The position numbers and the translations under genes were made by a program. This document shows positions 1 to 13,671 of a stretch of DNA of 64,000 nucleotides, in pieces. Source of the DNA: Bilabrum cf. latius (taxonomy: Eukaryota); assembly GCA_965178125.1 (NCBI GenBank), contig OZ237737.1, positions 496,001-560,000 of the forward strand, given 5' to 3'. The notes beneath the pieces were generated by a model that was not told the DNA's origin, made no database searches, and saw only the letters and a list, made by a program, of their open reading frames with translations. Positions within the stretch are counted from its first letter, which is position 1; the number at the start of each line of letters is the position of its first letter.

Positions 1-1853
1 CACCTTCGTGCGATCTCCTTAGTGTCTAATGCCAGCTGCTCCTCAGATGACTTGCAAAGGCTGAGTCCCTGCTCCTTTGCGGAGCCAAGGGCAGCTACAT
101 GGTCCCCAGCGGCAGACTCGAGGAGCGGCAGCCATTCGTCCCCAAACAGCCTGGGGTCCTGCTCCTGCTCCTCCTCCTCCTCCTCCGTGACTTTCCCGTC
201 GCGACTAGCGCATGCCCGTGCGATGCATCCCAGCTCGGCCAGCTGCGAGCTGATGTCTTCGGTCTGCTCGTACGGGGCGGATTCCGTGGGGTGCAAGAAG
301 TGCATCCTCTGCAGCGCCGCCTGCTCCTCCCAGCACGGCCTGTTCGCCTCCTGGGTACGCATCATCTGAATGTACGCAAAAATGCACTCGATCACGCCCG
401 GCCATGCCATGGCGCCGGCCCTGCTGAGCCCAACGGACACTTCAAAGACGGAGTAGGCCGCGGTCTCTTCTGAGCCCGTGCCCGCAGACAACGAGGTCGC
501 CCAGCCCCTCCGTTGAAGCTCACGGAGCACAGAGCCCTCCCCTTCGTGGCCAAGGCAGTGCGACAAGTGCTGATCAGCAAAAGCGCGCCAGCAGCCCAAC
601 GTCGTGGGCATGCAGAATTCCAGCTGCAGCCAGTGCCTGTCAGACACCGGGCGCACGACGTTCATCACCGGCAGGGAATCCAGGCCCCACAGCGGCCCGG
701 CTCGCATCACTTCTTGCGACCAAGTGTACGGAGCAAGTGCAGGTGCCCCAGCCAAGGGGCCTGGCAAGGCAGCAGTTGAGGCAGCGCTCAGTTCCTCCCC
801 AGCCCCGGCGCCCGATGCTGGCTTGCCCTCCGTGTCGGTGGACCCAGCCGCTGCCGGGGCGCTTCCTACTTCCGGTCTGGCTGCGCCTGGATCTGCGTGC
901 AGCGCGGGAAGCGAGGGAGCAGCTTCATTGGACCCATCGCTCGGGGCCCTCTATGCCTCCCCTGGAGCAAGTGCTCGCTCGTTTTGCTCCTCTGCGTCCA
1001 TCAGGGCCCGCAGGTCAGGGACCTCGGGTATGCGGGCGAACCGCGGTGCCACGATTTCCTGCAGGCGATCAAGAGGAAGCGGAGCACGGACCACGAGGTG
1101 CATCCTGGACGAGTGGTAGTGCTCGGCGTAGAACCGCAGGAACGCTCGCCTTGGCTGGGCACCCGCTTGGCGAGGCCTCGTCCACAGGCTCCGCCAGTTG
1201 CCCCACTGGAACTTGGAGCCGGGGTGGCCTTCCCTGCCCGCCCGAAGGCTGATTTCACCTGCCCGGTTGTAATCGGACACGCTCGCGTTTGACCACTCCG
1301 AATCCACTGCCTGGAGCTCCCGCTCCGTCACGTCTGCTCGCCACAGCGGATGCTCAAAGATGGCGGACAGGCGGTCCAGCGCGCCCTCTAGGTGGGCAGG
1401 CGTGACGTCAAATGTGTAGCATGTATGGTTTGCGTACGTGGCTCCGTTGGAGCTGCCGCCGTGCTCACTCAGAAACGAGTCGTACGCGTTTTCTTCCGGG
1501 TACCGTCGAGACCCCATGAAGAGCAAGTGCTCGCAGGCATGCGCGCACCCGGGCATCCATTCCGGGTCTGAGAGAGAACCAACTGAGACTGCAAGCGCGA
1601 CCGCAGCCTGTTGGGACCCTTGCCCGTCTTCTTCGTCTGCATCGGCGCCCGCACCTGATCCACCTTCATCCTTGGAACCCGTGTCCTCCATGGCTGGAGT
1701 GTCTTCAATGAGTAGCGCACGCAATCCGTTGGTCAGCCGTATTACTCTGTACTGTTTCTTGTCTCCTGGACTTTTCATGGACCCAATTAAATCGAGACGG
1801 GACGCTACAGATTCAACCTCGACATCGTCGACAGAATCGCCCTTCGCTTCCAT
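1..1853 (-). CDS. M16A metallopeptidase (insulysin/nardilysin-like), 3'-truncated by the window edge; one in-frame TAG at 951-953
   Basis: KSPGDKKQYRVIRLTNGLRALLI, an acidic insertion and the inverted zinc motif HACEH. After the TAG the same frame gives LGHEGEGSVLRELQRRGWATSLSAG (M16A signature) and stays open to position 3. Confidence 0.9.
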
Positions 1854-2057
1854 TGAAACACGACTATACCACGACCTAGACGTTGCCAGGGGCTACTGTA
1901 TATATATAGGACCAAACAGATGCGAGATCGTATGCAATAATCCACAAGCCCGCGTGGAATTGAGCTCGCAAGAAGTTGCCAAACCATGCCGAAGCAGCGG
2001 AACTTGGATTGCGCGGCGCCATTCTAGTTCTCCTCAAGTTTGCTACTACGACGCAAG

Positions 2058-3755
2058 ATGTCGGTACTTTTGCGAGATATTGCTCAAGGGGATGAATTAG
2101 TAGATGCACATAGAAGCTCTGGCTTGGATCCAGAGTCTGCAGAGTCCCTCATGTTTGCAGATGGTACGAACGCGCGCGGTTCGAAAGCCTCGGGGCGCAG
2201 CAGAAAGGATGCCAAAGGCAAGAATCAGACTGAGGTGTCCAAAATGCGAGAATTAGATGATTCGTTGCTGACTGGGAGGTACGCAGGAGAGAAGGCATCG
2301 CTGAGTGATCTTCGGAAAGCAGGGGCGCTTCCTGAGGAGCAGCCTCAAATGGTCTCTGGCGCGACTGATGCTGCTTTGGATGCTTTAATGGGTGGCGATA
2401 GCGATGAAGAGAGTGATTCTAGCGATGAAGAGTCCAAGAAGGCAGCTAGACCCGTAGAAACCCGGTCTATAGCGGACTTGAGTAGCCAGTTGCAGTTGAC
2501 GTCAAGCTCGAGATCGAACGAGGAGAGCCGTGGCAAGGCAGCCAAGCTTCAGTTCGACCGAGCAGAATTGTGGTTGCAGAGTCGTGTGTACTTGCAGCCC
2601 GGATTGCGCGCAGCCAATAGGCTTCCGCGAACGGCAGGGCTTGGCATTGACGCAGACGAATGCCAGGAGGCATCGAAGCAGTGCTCCGATCGGGAGGCAC
2701 GAGCCCTCCAGGCGCTCCCGGGACAAGTGCAGGCGACGCAGCGCGAGCTGGCTGCAACCATCGCTGGGTTCATGGAACTCGCCCGGGCGAGCATCGTGGG
2801 CGGGGGAGCAAGTGCTTCGTACAAGGGAGCCTCCTCTCTGCCCATGGTGGGCGACCAGCTCGCCGGCCTCGACAACGAAAGCGACGATTCGGATGACGAT
2901 GATGAATCTGAGAATGATATCGATAGCGATAGTGACAGTAAAAGCGACAGCACAACAAGCAGCGAGGGCGGCTCTGCTGCTATCGACAGCAGCCGTCTGC
3001 CCGGCGAGTGCCTACTGCCGGGACGACGGCCCTGGACCGAACTCGAAGGATCGGAGCAAGGATCGGATCAGACTGCCGGACCGGAGCTTCCCTCCTCGTC
3101 GCAGATCGAGGAGGCCCTGGACGCCTGGTGGGAGGGTGTGCTGCCTTCGGTCGAGGCTGCCGTGGATGCAGCGTTCATGCGGACGAGCAGGAGGCATAGG
3201 TCAGCGGGAAGCTCGGCAGCGGCTGCCTCTGCGGACGGCTCCGCTCTGCTGAAGCCGCCCAGCCAGCAGGCTCTGGAAGTTGCGACCAACGAGCGGGCCA
3301 GGCTGAGGAGGGCCCACGCCAGGGAAGGAACGTTCGTTCCGCTGCTAGCCGAAGCTTGCGACCAGGAAGAAATGCCTGACCTGGGAGGGGCTGCCTCCAG
3401 CGGAACCTCCAGCGGCGCCACGCACGGGCTGGACCCTGGGACGTACGAGGACGGCGATTTCCTGCAGTACACGATGCGTGAGCTATCTTCTATGGGCAAG
3501 GCAGCCGAGCTTAGGAAAGCCACGGTGCGGGCAGGGAGCGCCACGGAGGAAGCGCAGGCCTACTTGAAGAGGATCCGCCCGTTTGCCCCGAAGCGACGGG
3601 AGGGCGTGGATGCTAGAGCGAGCAAGGGGAGGAGGATGCGGTACACGGTCATGCCCAAGCTAGTGGGGTTTGTTGCTGCCAAACCGGGGGCGGCCGGGCC
3701 GCCGCCAGTGGATGTGGACACGCTGCTGCGATCGGTGTTCAAATCGAATGCGTGA
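2058..3755 (+). CDS. AATF: AATF/Bfr2 (SSU processome) family protein
   Basis: Acidic N-terminal tracts; C-terminal TRAUB-like motif YEDGDFLQYTMREL...VDARASKGRRMRYTVMPKLVGFVA; ends TGA. Confidence 0.85.
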   Translation: MSVLLRDIAQGDELVDAHRSSGLDPESAESLMFADGTNARGSKASGRSRKDAKGKNQTEVSKMRELDDSLLTGRYAGEKASLSDLRKAGALPEEQPQMVSGATDAALDALMGGDSDEESDSSDEESKKAARPVETRSIADLSSQLQLTSSSRSNEESRGKAAKLQFDRAELWLQSRVYLQPGLRAANRLPRTAGLGIDADECQEASKQCSDREARALQALPGQVQATQRELAATIAGFMELARASIVGGGASASYKGASSLPMVGDQLAGLDNESDDSDDDDESENDIDSDSDSKSDSTTSSEGGSAAIDSSRLPGECLLPGRRPWTELEGSEQGSDQTAGPELPSSSQIEEALDAWWEGVLPSVEAAVDAAFMRTSRRHRSAGSSAAAASADGSALLKPPSQQALEVATNERARLRRAHAREGTFVPLLAEACDQEEMPDLGGAASSGTSSGATHGLDPGTYEDGDFLQYTMRELSSMGKAAELRKATVRAGSATEEAQAYLKRIRPFAPKRREGVDARASKGRRMRYTVMPKLVGFVAAKPGAAGPPPVDVDTLLRSVFKSNA

Positions 3756-3872
3756 TTAGCTGTATTGACGAAATGATGCGGCTCGTTGTGCGATGTACTG
3801 TTTTGAAGATGAAGATCACCAAACTCGTCGTGCGCTGCCGTATCGCACATACAGCGTCAAAGATCCATTAAC

Positions 3873-6070
3873 ATGGCGAGAGTTTTCCGCGGGAGGATAC
3901 GCTCATTTGTGCGCCGGGCAGCGGGGCTCATTGCTGGCGCAGGCGCGGCACACTGGGTGTGTAGATGTAGCCGATCGTACCTCGACAGCGACAGAGACAG
4001 CGACGGAGGTTATTTGACCAGCCCAATCCAGTGAGAAGCCACATGATTTTATAAGAATATATCATTTCATAACCTCCCGTTGGCTAGGTGCCATGATGCT
4101 CGTCGATTCCACCGATAGCGCGCCTGGTGATGCGTACCAGATGTGTCTCGTGGGCAACTGTTCCTGGTGCATTCGAGCCCCAACTCCCAGCGTTCAGATC
4201 AGTCCACCCATGTTTTGCTCACAACAGATGCCGAGATGGAACCACGGTAGTACCTTGGTCAGCTCCATCAAGGGACAAGCAAATTGCTACTCTGAAGCGA
4301 CAGGGCTACGACGTGCTGGTCGTCGGAGGCGGGTGTGTAGGCGCCGGAGTCGCCCTGGAAAGCGCCACACGAGGCTTAAAGACGGCAATGATTGAAAGGG
4401 ACGATTTTGCAGCCGGCACAAGCAGCCGCAGCACGAAGCTGATCCACGGCGGAATCCGCTACTTGGAAAATGCAGTGTGGAAGCTTGATTTTGGCAGCCT
4501 GAAGCTCGTCGATGAAGCGCTCTCTGAGCGAATGCACTTGCTGCAAGCGGCCCCTTACATGGCACACGCATTGCCTATCATGATTCCGCTTTACAAGTGG
4601 TGGGAGCTCCCCTACATGATGGCGGGCGCCATGGTCTATGATTTTGTCGCCGGCTCGCGAAGGCATGTCCCCCGCTCGAGCATGCTTTCCAAAGACGAAG
4701 CCCTGTATAGATTTCCACAGCTGGATCCGGATGGCCTGAAGGGCGCCATCGTATACTACGACGGCATGCATAACGACGCTAGGATGAACCTCATGATCGC
4801 GCTCACCGCGGCGCAGGAAGGGGCCACCGTGGCGAACTATACTTCGTTGCAACGCCTAGTAAAGAGGGGAGAAGGCACCCCGGAAGAAGAAGAGATTCTC
4901 AAGGCGGCAGAGGCCGAGGCGAACTCGATCAAGCGCAAGAAGAGCCAGGCAGCCAAGGCAGATGCGCAGGGAGAGGGCGATGGAATCCTGGGAGCCCGAG
5001 AGGGCGAGATCATCGGGGCAGTGGTCAAGGATGAGATGGAGGGGAGGGAATTCGCCGTCAGGGCAAGACGGGTCGTCAACGCGACCGGGCCGTTCGCGGA
5101 CGCCGTCAGGAAGATGGCTGACCCTGAGGTGGATGAGGTCATCGTGCCGGCGGGAGGGGTCCACGTGATTCTTCCAGACCACATGTGCCCCGACAGGATG
5201 GGTCTGATCGTGCCAAAGACCAAGGACGGGAGGGTGCTCTTCTTCCTACCCTGGGAGGGACGCACACTGTGCGGCACCACGGACAGCACCACCGACCTGA
5301 CCATGCTGCCGCAGCCCACCGAGAAGGAGATCTCCTTCATCCTCGACGAGGCCAACAAATTCCTCAACACGAGGGTGTCCAGGCACGACGTCAAGTCGGC
5401 GTGGTCAGGGATCAGGCCCCTGGTGCGCGACCCGAACGCAGCGAAAGGAGACACCAAGAGCTTCAGCCGGAACCACGTGATCGAGCACTTCGAGTCCTCA
5501 GGGCTCGTGTCCACGATGGGCGGCAAGTGGACCACCTACCGAAGGATGGCACAGGACACTGTGGACAAGCTTAAGGGCGTGACACCCGAGTTTGAGGACA
5601 AGGTGGAGCCCTCCCGCACCCTGCACATGCAGTTCCTGGGCGCGGACAGGGCCGGCATCGTGGTCGGGCAGAAATTCGATCGCATCACCGTGACGCTGAG
5701 GGAGACGTACGACATGGACAAGGACGTTGCACAGCATCTTCTGAGGAATTACGGCACGCGGGCGCTGCAGGTGGCCGAGCTTGTCAAGCGGGACGAAGCG
5801 AAGGGCGGGAGCAAGCGCATGGGCAAGCGGCTCTCAAGAAAGATGCCGTTCATCCGGGCAGAGGTACACTTTGCCGTAGAGCAGGAGTACGCGCAGCGGG
5901 CCGTGGACGTGATCGCTAGGCGCACCCGCGTGTCGTTCCTGGATTATGCGGCGTGCACGGACGTGTGCGAGCAGGTGATTGAGATCATGGGGGAGAAGCT
6001 GGGGTGGACGTCTGCTCGGAAGCAGAAAGAGTTGGAGCTCTGCCAGGAGTTTATCTCAACAATGCAGTGA
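3873..6070 (+). CDS. GPD2: Mitochondrial FAD-dependent glycerol-3-phosphate dehydrogenase; putative intron 4031-4227
   Basis: DVLVVGGGCVGAGVALE, GTSSRSTKLIHGGIRYLE, YYDGMHNDARMN, GGKWTTYRRMA. An Arg-rich presequence-like exon from ATG 3873 joins in frame via GTGAGA...CTCACAACAG (an acceptor at 4140 is also in phase). Ends TGA. Confidence 0.93.
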
Positions 6071-6285
6071 CCCTGTCCAATGATGATGCGATGCGGCCTG
6101 TTAAGGGGCAGGCTCGCACCGGATCCCCTGGGCGACGAGTGCTGGCTTGGCTTTGATCAAGACCGCGAAAATCAAACAGAACCTCTAACGTAGAAAGCAA
6201 TCAGGTTGACAAAATAAATATTTCCACCATTCTGTGAGCGCGCTTGCAATCAGCGCTCCTATTCTTACCATGTTCCGTGATGGGA

Positions 6286-9200
6286 TCACTGCAGGTCCAG
6301 GTCACTCACTGCCTTGATCTCACGGACCCCGTAGTCATTTCGATCCAATGAATTATCCAGAGCGTCGATGCTCAGGTCTCTTGTGTGGGCTCTCGCCGGC
6401 GTGCCACCGGTTTCGGGGCCTGGTGGGGACCCCACAGCGGTGCATGCCACCGCCGCTGCGACGGCATCCGCGGGTGTCCCGGCGCTCCCGTCCCCGTAGG
6501 ATCTCCCGCCAGTGGACCGAGCGGTGCTACCAGCAACTACGTGCGAGGGAACCCTGGACGAACCCGAAGAACCTTCCATGCCGTACGAGGAGGCGTCGGC
6601 CTCGGATGATTCCACGGTCCCTGGGGCATTGGACACGACGCTGCCGACCCGCATCAGGTCAGATTCCCTGCCCCCCAACCCACCCAGCCCCAGGGGCAAA
6701 TCACTTGTCCCCAGGTGGCTGCCCGTGCCCCCATGGAAACCAGGGGAGGCTGATCCACTCATGGATCCTACTTGTCTGGCAGCACGATGGCTGGCCGTGG
6801 CTGAGCTAGACCCTCCTGCCGCAGCGGTCGCCCCCCCGACGCCATGGGCCCTTGAGAACCCCTGCCCTTGCCCCTGCCCCTGCCCTTGTCCTTGCTGTGT
6901 CCCCACGTCCTGCAAAGAGGCCCGGCGGCTTGTTCCCTGGCTTCCCTTCACCTGCATGAGGGGCTGTGCCTTCGCCTGCCTCTGGATGGCATGCAGGCCA
7001 GGGAAGGACCCGTGGCCGCCTGCGCCGGCAGGGTGTCGGGACAGCGAGCCTCTGGCTGCTCGGTTGGCACTCTCGACTGGCCCTGGACGTGGCGCATTCG
7101 ATCCGTCTTCTTCGTCAAGTCTCGGAGATGATGCGATGCCGAAGGCCTCGGAGGAAGAAGCGCCTCCATGGGCACTCGACGACGGCGAAAGCATCACGCT
7201 CCCGGCGGGGGACTGATACGACAAGGAGGCTGCAGTCGGCAGCTGCAGCTAGCGACGACGAGGTGCGTCTGCGGAACCTCTGCCCAGCATGGCCAGGTCC
7301 GTGCCTACCCGATTCACCCCATTCGCGCCCTCATCCTCGTTCTCGTCTTCCGAATCAGACCCTAGCCCACCCTCCGAACCCGCTGGCGCACCAACTGGCG
7401 GTGAGCCCACAGACGTTCCTGAGACCGACTGCGGCTTATGCGCACCGATAGCGTGACCTATCCCCGTCGCGGCACCAGCCCCAAGCCCACCTCCAATCCC
7501 TGGACCAGGCAGAGGCATCTCCTCCTCCTTCACTGGATCGCTCTGCACGCGCCTATCCCTCCCCTTGCCGTTGCCCAGCTCCTCAACGTAGCGGACCCTG
7601 ACCTGGACCCTCGATCGCTGGGTGCTGACGCTGCGCTGCGGCTGGTGCTGGCCTGCAGAGACAGCGGCAGCTTGGGCGATACCACCGAGTCGCGAAGACG
7701 TGGTCATTGCTGTCGCTCTCACAGCGCTAGCCGAGGAGCTCTGCTGATGCGAGTCTCCGTGCAGCGAGGGCGGTGCTGACCTGTCCTTGCAGTGCATCTT
7801 CATGTGCTGTGGGGATGCCAGCGGATCTAACGGATCGTCAAGGATGCTGGCAGCGCTACTCGGATGGCTGACTCGGCCTGACACGCGCTGGTGCGAGTCG
7901 CGCTGTGCGTGCAGCACCCAGGGTCGCGATTTTGCCCGCAGCAGACCGGGCTGCTGCTGCTACTGTGCCTCAAAGTGAGACACCTGTCTGGCCGAGGAGC
8001 TGCGGACCAGGGGACTCACTGGACCGTCACCGCTCTCGTTCTCATCGGAAGCGGCCAGCTGCATGGGGGGCTGGTCAGGCACGCCGTCTGAGTTCAGGGG
8101 AGGAGCCCATGTGTTCCCCGCACCGGAGTTAGAGCCTGAGTTGCCTTCATTTCCACGCTGAGCAACGCCAGCGCGCTTCAGTCTGCCAGTTCCGGAGGGC
8201 ATGCGAGCCGAGGCAGAGCTTGCCGAGCTGCCCACAGCGAGACTGGCGGACTTGAACAGACCTGGCTGCCTGAGCGCATGGCTGCTGGGCGCTCTGGACG
8301 CTATGCCATGCGCGCCCAGCCCGAGAATACCCTGCATGGATCCTCCCACTGGTTGCGCGTCACCGCCGCCGTGCCCTGACGTGACACCCCTGGACCCTTG
8401 CTTCAGAGCAGCAAGTAGAGTGGGTGAGGCCAGGGCCTCGGGGACCGAGGAACTCTCCACGCCTGCTTTCCCTGCGGTGCTGCGGCTCTGCACGCTCACC
8501 GCTTTGATCGTTAAAGGTGCTCGTGTGCGCCTCCAGTTGCGGGTCGCGCCAAAGCTGCCGCCTGTGGGTGCAGCTGGTACAGGGACAGGGACAGGGACAG
8601 GGGTAGGAGTAGGGAAGGGGCCGGCGTCAAACCCAGACGAATTGTTCCCTGGGGCGTTTCTCAAGGTCCCATAATCATTTCTGTCTGCTGCTGTCGTCCA
8701 CGCCTGCCGGCTCTGTTCCCCAGGTCTGCGAGGGAGGGGCGTTTCCAGCACCCCGCTGGGGTCATCGTCACCCTCATCGTGCTCGTCCTCCCCGAGGCCA
8801 TCATGCGCGCCGCCATGCAGTGCATCCACGGGCCCCGTCACTCCGACGGCTCCCTCCTGCCAAGCCCTGCCTTCTCTAGAGCCGGCTCGCCGCTCGCCGT
8901 TCGGGGTAGACAGGTCCTCTGAGGCCCCCATCACCACCATGCCGCCCGCGGTGCCGTCCGTGTCCGTGGGGGTGGGGACGTTTCCCAGCCCGTTGCCGTG
9001 GGCGTGCGGCTTCAGGGGTCCGTCGGGATCGAGGCTCACGGCCGCATCGGATATAGGCTCCGGATCCGTGCCGATGACCACCACGGCTCCCCCTGCGCCG
9101 GGAATCGTCGCTGTCGTGGCAAGGGCACCTGCGGCGCGCATGGCCGCCGCCTCCTCCATATTTCTGATTGCGATTCTCTGGTTGACGAGATGCACTGCGA

Positions 9201-10410
9201 TGAAGATGACCCCGATGCCCAACACGCAGCCGATGAGGCCGACCACCCACGGATCGGCGCCCCAGAAGGCCTTGCCCTGACCATCGCCGGTCTTCCCGCG
9301 GCCGGTGGTGATGTTTCCGCTAATGGGGGAGGAGCTGGGGCTCGCGACAGGAGGTGCCGTGCTCGGTCGCTTGATGGCCGAGATCTGCATCCCCGCGACC
9401 TGCTCCGTTGAAACGAGCAGTCCGTTCTCCTGCATGGTTCTCGCCAGCTCGCCGCTCGCAAGCGCCTCTTGAATGGCACTTTCCTTCGCATCGATCCAGG
9501 AATCTGGTTTTCTGCCAGAGCCGTCCACGTTAGACGCCATCAGGCGCAGAAGGACCTGGCATCTGCCGGTCGTGACGATCGGCTGCACCGTCGATGATGA
9601 ACCGCTGTGCGGGGAGCGGCTCCCTTCTTCGGGTCCCTACCGCGCGCCAGATGTACTCATCTGCTCTCCATTACCAGAGCTATTTGATGATGGAGAAGGA
9701 GAGGGTGGCGGTGGTCGCGAAGTGCCGGGGGGTGGTGGCCTCGGCCTCGGCGGATTGCTGGCCTGCAGTTCTCGGCGTCCCGAGCGCAGACCAGGCTACA
9801 ACGTCCGAAGATGCATCACGAAAATTTCAATGGGAGACACGGTAGCTTTCGCAGCAAACGAGGCGACCAAAGCTTGCCCGTGCTCGCTTAGCTGCACTGG
9901 AGTGCCCGGGAACGTGGAGGCTCCCGGCGGCGGACCATCCACTCGCTCAATCCCCCGTCCGGCGACCAGTGTCACCGCACTGATATTTACCAGTGTTACA
10001 TTAAACTCTACAAAGCTTACTTTAGGCCACTAGATGTTGCTAGATGGCAGCGGTAAATCGCCACCTTCTTGCAAATACCTATTCTGCACTCCTGTCCGTC
10101 CCACTGTACGCCAGGTAGGTCTAATGATGTCCCGCGCACCTGTAGAGCTACCCGATGTAATATCGAGGCAATGCTCCGATTCAGAACTGTCCCGCGCATT
10201 GGCACTGGCATGGCCACAAGCGAACGGAGCGGTTACGATTCGCTTCGGGGCTGCGACTCGTCCGCGAAACGACGTTGATACCCCGACTACAGCATGAGCT
10301 GATAGTAACAAACTCATTATTGCACATAGCCGCATCATGCCTGAAGCTAAGCCGCCGGATTGGCTGGACGCCGCCCTCGAAGACAAGCCTACGCCCTCGT
10401 GGTGGTTCAT
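6286..10410 (-). CDS. Hypothetical type I membrane protein, ~1370 aa (signal peptide, single TM, long low-complexity tail); in-frame TAG at 10030, 9796, 9637, 7960, 7249
   Basis: Four listed ORFs share one frame and are separated only by TAG. Signal-like MRLCAIMSLLLSAHAVVG; TM WVVGLIGCVLGIGVIFIAVHLV; the TAG at 7960 lies in CAG TAG CAG CAG CAG. Ends TGA. Confidence 0.75.
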
Positions 10411-10679
10411 CGCAATGGCTACGGCAAAACCCAGCTATACCTCAAACCAATTCTGTGTATGAGACCCAATCCATGGATGTACACACTTTAGAATCGTCTG
10501 AGAGCCCTGTTTGTGGGTGATTGGACTTCGGTTTCGCGGAGTGTGCGGGCCTCCGTGGGGCGTGGCGCGTGCGACCATTTTGGTCGCAAGCGACCGCAAC
10601 GAAACAATTTCCAAGCAGCGTGACAGCAAACGAGCGATACATCTCCAGATTACGATACAATAATTGATTAAATGATAAA

Positions 10680-12653
10680 TTACCCGTTCGCCGCTTCGCC
10701 TGGCGCGGAACTCGAATTCCCAGTTCCAGAATCCCTACTGCCTGCTGCTGCCAACGCACCGCCGGCCCCCGCAGCAGCACCTCCCTGCCCGGGAGCAGCC
10801 CCAGCACCGGCTTCTCCCGAGACTGCGGCAGCGGCGCTTGAAGCCCTCTGATTTCCATCCTACCCCCCTGCTCCGTTCGCATCCTCCCCGGAACCGCCCG
10901 ACCCCAAGCCAGCACCCCCACTGTCTGACTGCTCTGCGCTGCCGTGCGATGCACCCTGCTGCTCCACCCCAACGCCGCCCCCGGAACCTCCGTTGTCGGT
11001 ACCAGGGGCCTGCCTCTCCCCGTCAGCACCCGCCTAATCACCCCCCTGCGCTGCTTCCTGCGCCTGAGCCTGCCCCTGCGCCTGCGCCCGCTCCCGCGCC
11101 CGAGCCTGCCCCTGAGCCTGCGCCCGCAAGTGGTCAGCAAGGCCGCCGCCGCCCGCTTCCTGCGGCCCGAAGGCTGCGTGCACGTCTGCGTCCATGACGC
11201 GGCCCCTTTCCCCGTTCGCCTACGCGGGGTCTCCGCCGCATAGGGAATACACCAGTCCCCCGCAGGCATCGATTCCATTGGATCCGAAGCCATCCGCCCA
11301 CGCAATCCAGAGGTAGGCAAGGGCCAAAGAGGCGCCCACGAGGAGCACTGCGGTTGCGATTCCGAATCCGCCCACTGTGCGCGCGTCCCTCAGCAGCACC
11401 TCCCTGAGCTCTCTGCGGTCGTCGTTGTACGTTCTCCGCTGCGACAAGGTCAGGTCGTCCCAGATGTCCCGCGTCAGTCGGCTGCGACGGGGGTGGGATA
11501 CGGGGGGTGGAATACGGAGGGGGTGGGACACGGGGGGGGAGGGGGCGGTGGGGCGGTGCGATTTCTTCGAGACGCGCGCAAGTACAGGCACAGGAGAGAA
11601 ATAAGGGTGGGGGGCTGCCAACCACCAGCTGATGGAGGCGTGCTGCCCTCAGAGCTTGTGGGTGGGGAGCGGTCCCGAGCCAACAAACTCACTTGACTGC
11701 CGCGCGGGATCGAATCCCATTGAGCGCCCAGGACGCTCCAATCAGCAACATCACGCCGGCCACCAGAGCCAGCAACGCGGACGCAAGAGCAAGCCACGGC
11801 CTGTGCAATCTTGCCCCCAGCAGGACTGCCGGCGCGACGACGAGCGCCACCACGGCCGATGCCGGGAACGCTGCTCTAGACGCCACTGTCGATGCAACTG
11901 ACGTGTCATCCCTGAAGCAATAATCGTTTATTACACACATGACGGGCACACCCGTCAGGATCATCCCAAGCGCAAGCGCTGCCAGGAGAACTGCAGTGCG
12001 CCTGGCGCACACGCCGTAGGAGAAGAGAGCGAGCGTGACGGCGTCGCCCTCTGCCTCCTTGCTCGTCTCCTCTTGCTTTGCCCGGCCGTGTACCAGGCGT
12101 ATGGCGCCTGGTACATTAGGATCTGGCTCTGATCGAACGGCAGGGGCAAGCGGCCCAAGCCCCAGCCTGGCAAGCCGCCGTGAGAGCAGCAAAGAAGGCA
12201 CCCGGTCGAGAGCAGAGGGCGGCGGTAGCGAGCCCTGCAGAATCGTTGCCGTGTTCGGGCCGTCCCATAGCTCTTCCAGAGGTACTGTGCTGAACTCATG
12301 ACCCTGTCCATCTGTTCGTCTGGATGGGCCTACTCTCAATGCTCGTCTCCAAGGCTCCTGCGGACCGCCGGAAGGTTGCAGCTCACCCGGCTAGGCGCTA
12401 TCGTTTTGCTGAATAGACGTGGGCGGTTGCCCTGATCCTACTAGTCCAGATGATGGCGCCTGTGTTGAATCTTGCTACCCCGCTTCCGCCTAGGCAGGTT
12501 GCTACCCTGTACCTGCAAATAATCGGTGCAACGGTCTGAAACAGCTAATCGGAACATTTAGAAGTATGCACCGATTTCAGAGAATCAAAACAGACATGCT
12601 GTCACAACTTAATCACTATTCAACTCACTACCTCCTATCTGAGGGGCTGACAT
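10680..12653 (-). CDS. Four-TM membrane protein with tetraspanin-like topology (no CCG motif); introns 12513-12628 and 11482-11692; about 7 in-frame TAG
   Basis: GTGAGT donors and GCAG acceptors join the exons in phase. Three close TMs, a loop, a fourth TM and a Gly/Ala/Gln-rich tail. Ends TAA at 10680-10682, followed by AT-rich sequence. Confidence 0.65.
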
Positions 12654-12759
12654 CAAGCACAAGGCGATAAATTGTCCCTCACCGCGCAGTTGCTGTTTGC
12701 ATTTAAACATATCGTTACATACAAATATACCATACTTTCTGAAGACACTATCGATCGCT

Positions 12760-13671
12760 ATGGCTGGCGCGTCTGATGAGCCAGAAATCATTCGAGTGAC
12801 AATTAATAAATCATTTGTGTACAAGCTTCCGGTGCGCCCGTCTGCTGAGGGCCACAAAGCCAAAGAATGGCGGGACCAAGTCTGGGCTGGTCGCACTCAA
12901 TTCGTTCGAAGAGGCGATGAAGCTGCTATTCGACTTTCCAACCCATCCACCGGAAAAGTGTTTGCTGTAGCTCCTGTCCGAATCGGAGGGCCTCCTGTCC
13001 TTGAAAAAGGTGAGCAATGTCGAAGTATGCCAAGATATCCCAAGTTGCAGTAATGTCGAAGTATGCGTAGTCGGATTGCAACAAATTTGCGGCCATAATC
13101 TCTTTGCAATCCCCGCGCCCTCGCAGTGTCGGACAGTAGCAGATACTTTGTACTGCGCGTGGAAAACGCGAAGGGAAAGCATGCATTCATTGGGTTGGCG
13201 ATGAGCCAGCGAAGCGATGCCTTTGACCTGCAAATTGCTTTGTCGGAATTCGAGGAGGAGCGGAAGCTGGAGACTGAACCGGTCAAAATTGATTACGGAC
13301 CGAAGCAAAAACTCCAGTTGGACGAAGGTGAAACGATTGCAATCGATCTCACTGGCCTGGGCGGCGGCGGATCCTCGTCGGGCAAGCCTGCATCGAGCAG
13401 CGGCGCTGCCTCGGGGGGTGCGGCCGGCGATGACGAGGAGGACCTCTTTGGTCTGCCCCCTCCACCCAAAGCCGGAGCTGGAGCATCACGGAGTGGCGGT
13501 GACGGTGATGCCGACGACTTGCTTGCCTTGGGTGCCGCTCCGCCAAAATCGTCCGGGAGGCGAAAACGAGGGGGAGGTGGTGGTGGTGGATCGGGCTCGT
13601 CGGCAGCTGCACCAGTGCCTGCACCGGCACCTGCGGCAGGAGGCGAGGACGACTGGGTATCGTTTGATTGA
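12760..13671 (+). CDS. NECAP: Adaptin ear-binding coat-associated protein (NECAP/PHear); intron 13010-13126
   Basis: VYKLPVRPSAEGHKAKEW; spliced VLEKVSDSSRYFVLRVE...HAFIGLAMSQRSDAFDLQIAL; C-terminal WxxF motif DDWVSFD; ends TGA. Confidence 0.93.

Noticed and set aside
13016-13066. 15-bp direct repeat AATGTCGAAGTATGC in the NECAP intron
   Set aside because: A single small local duplication with no other sign of a mobile intron or element.
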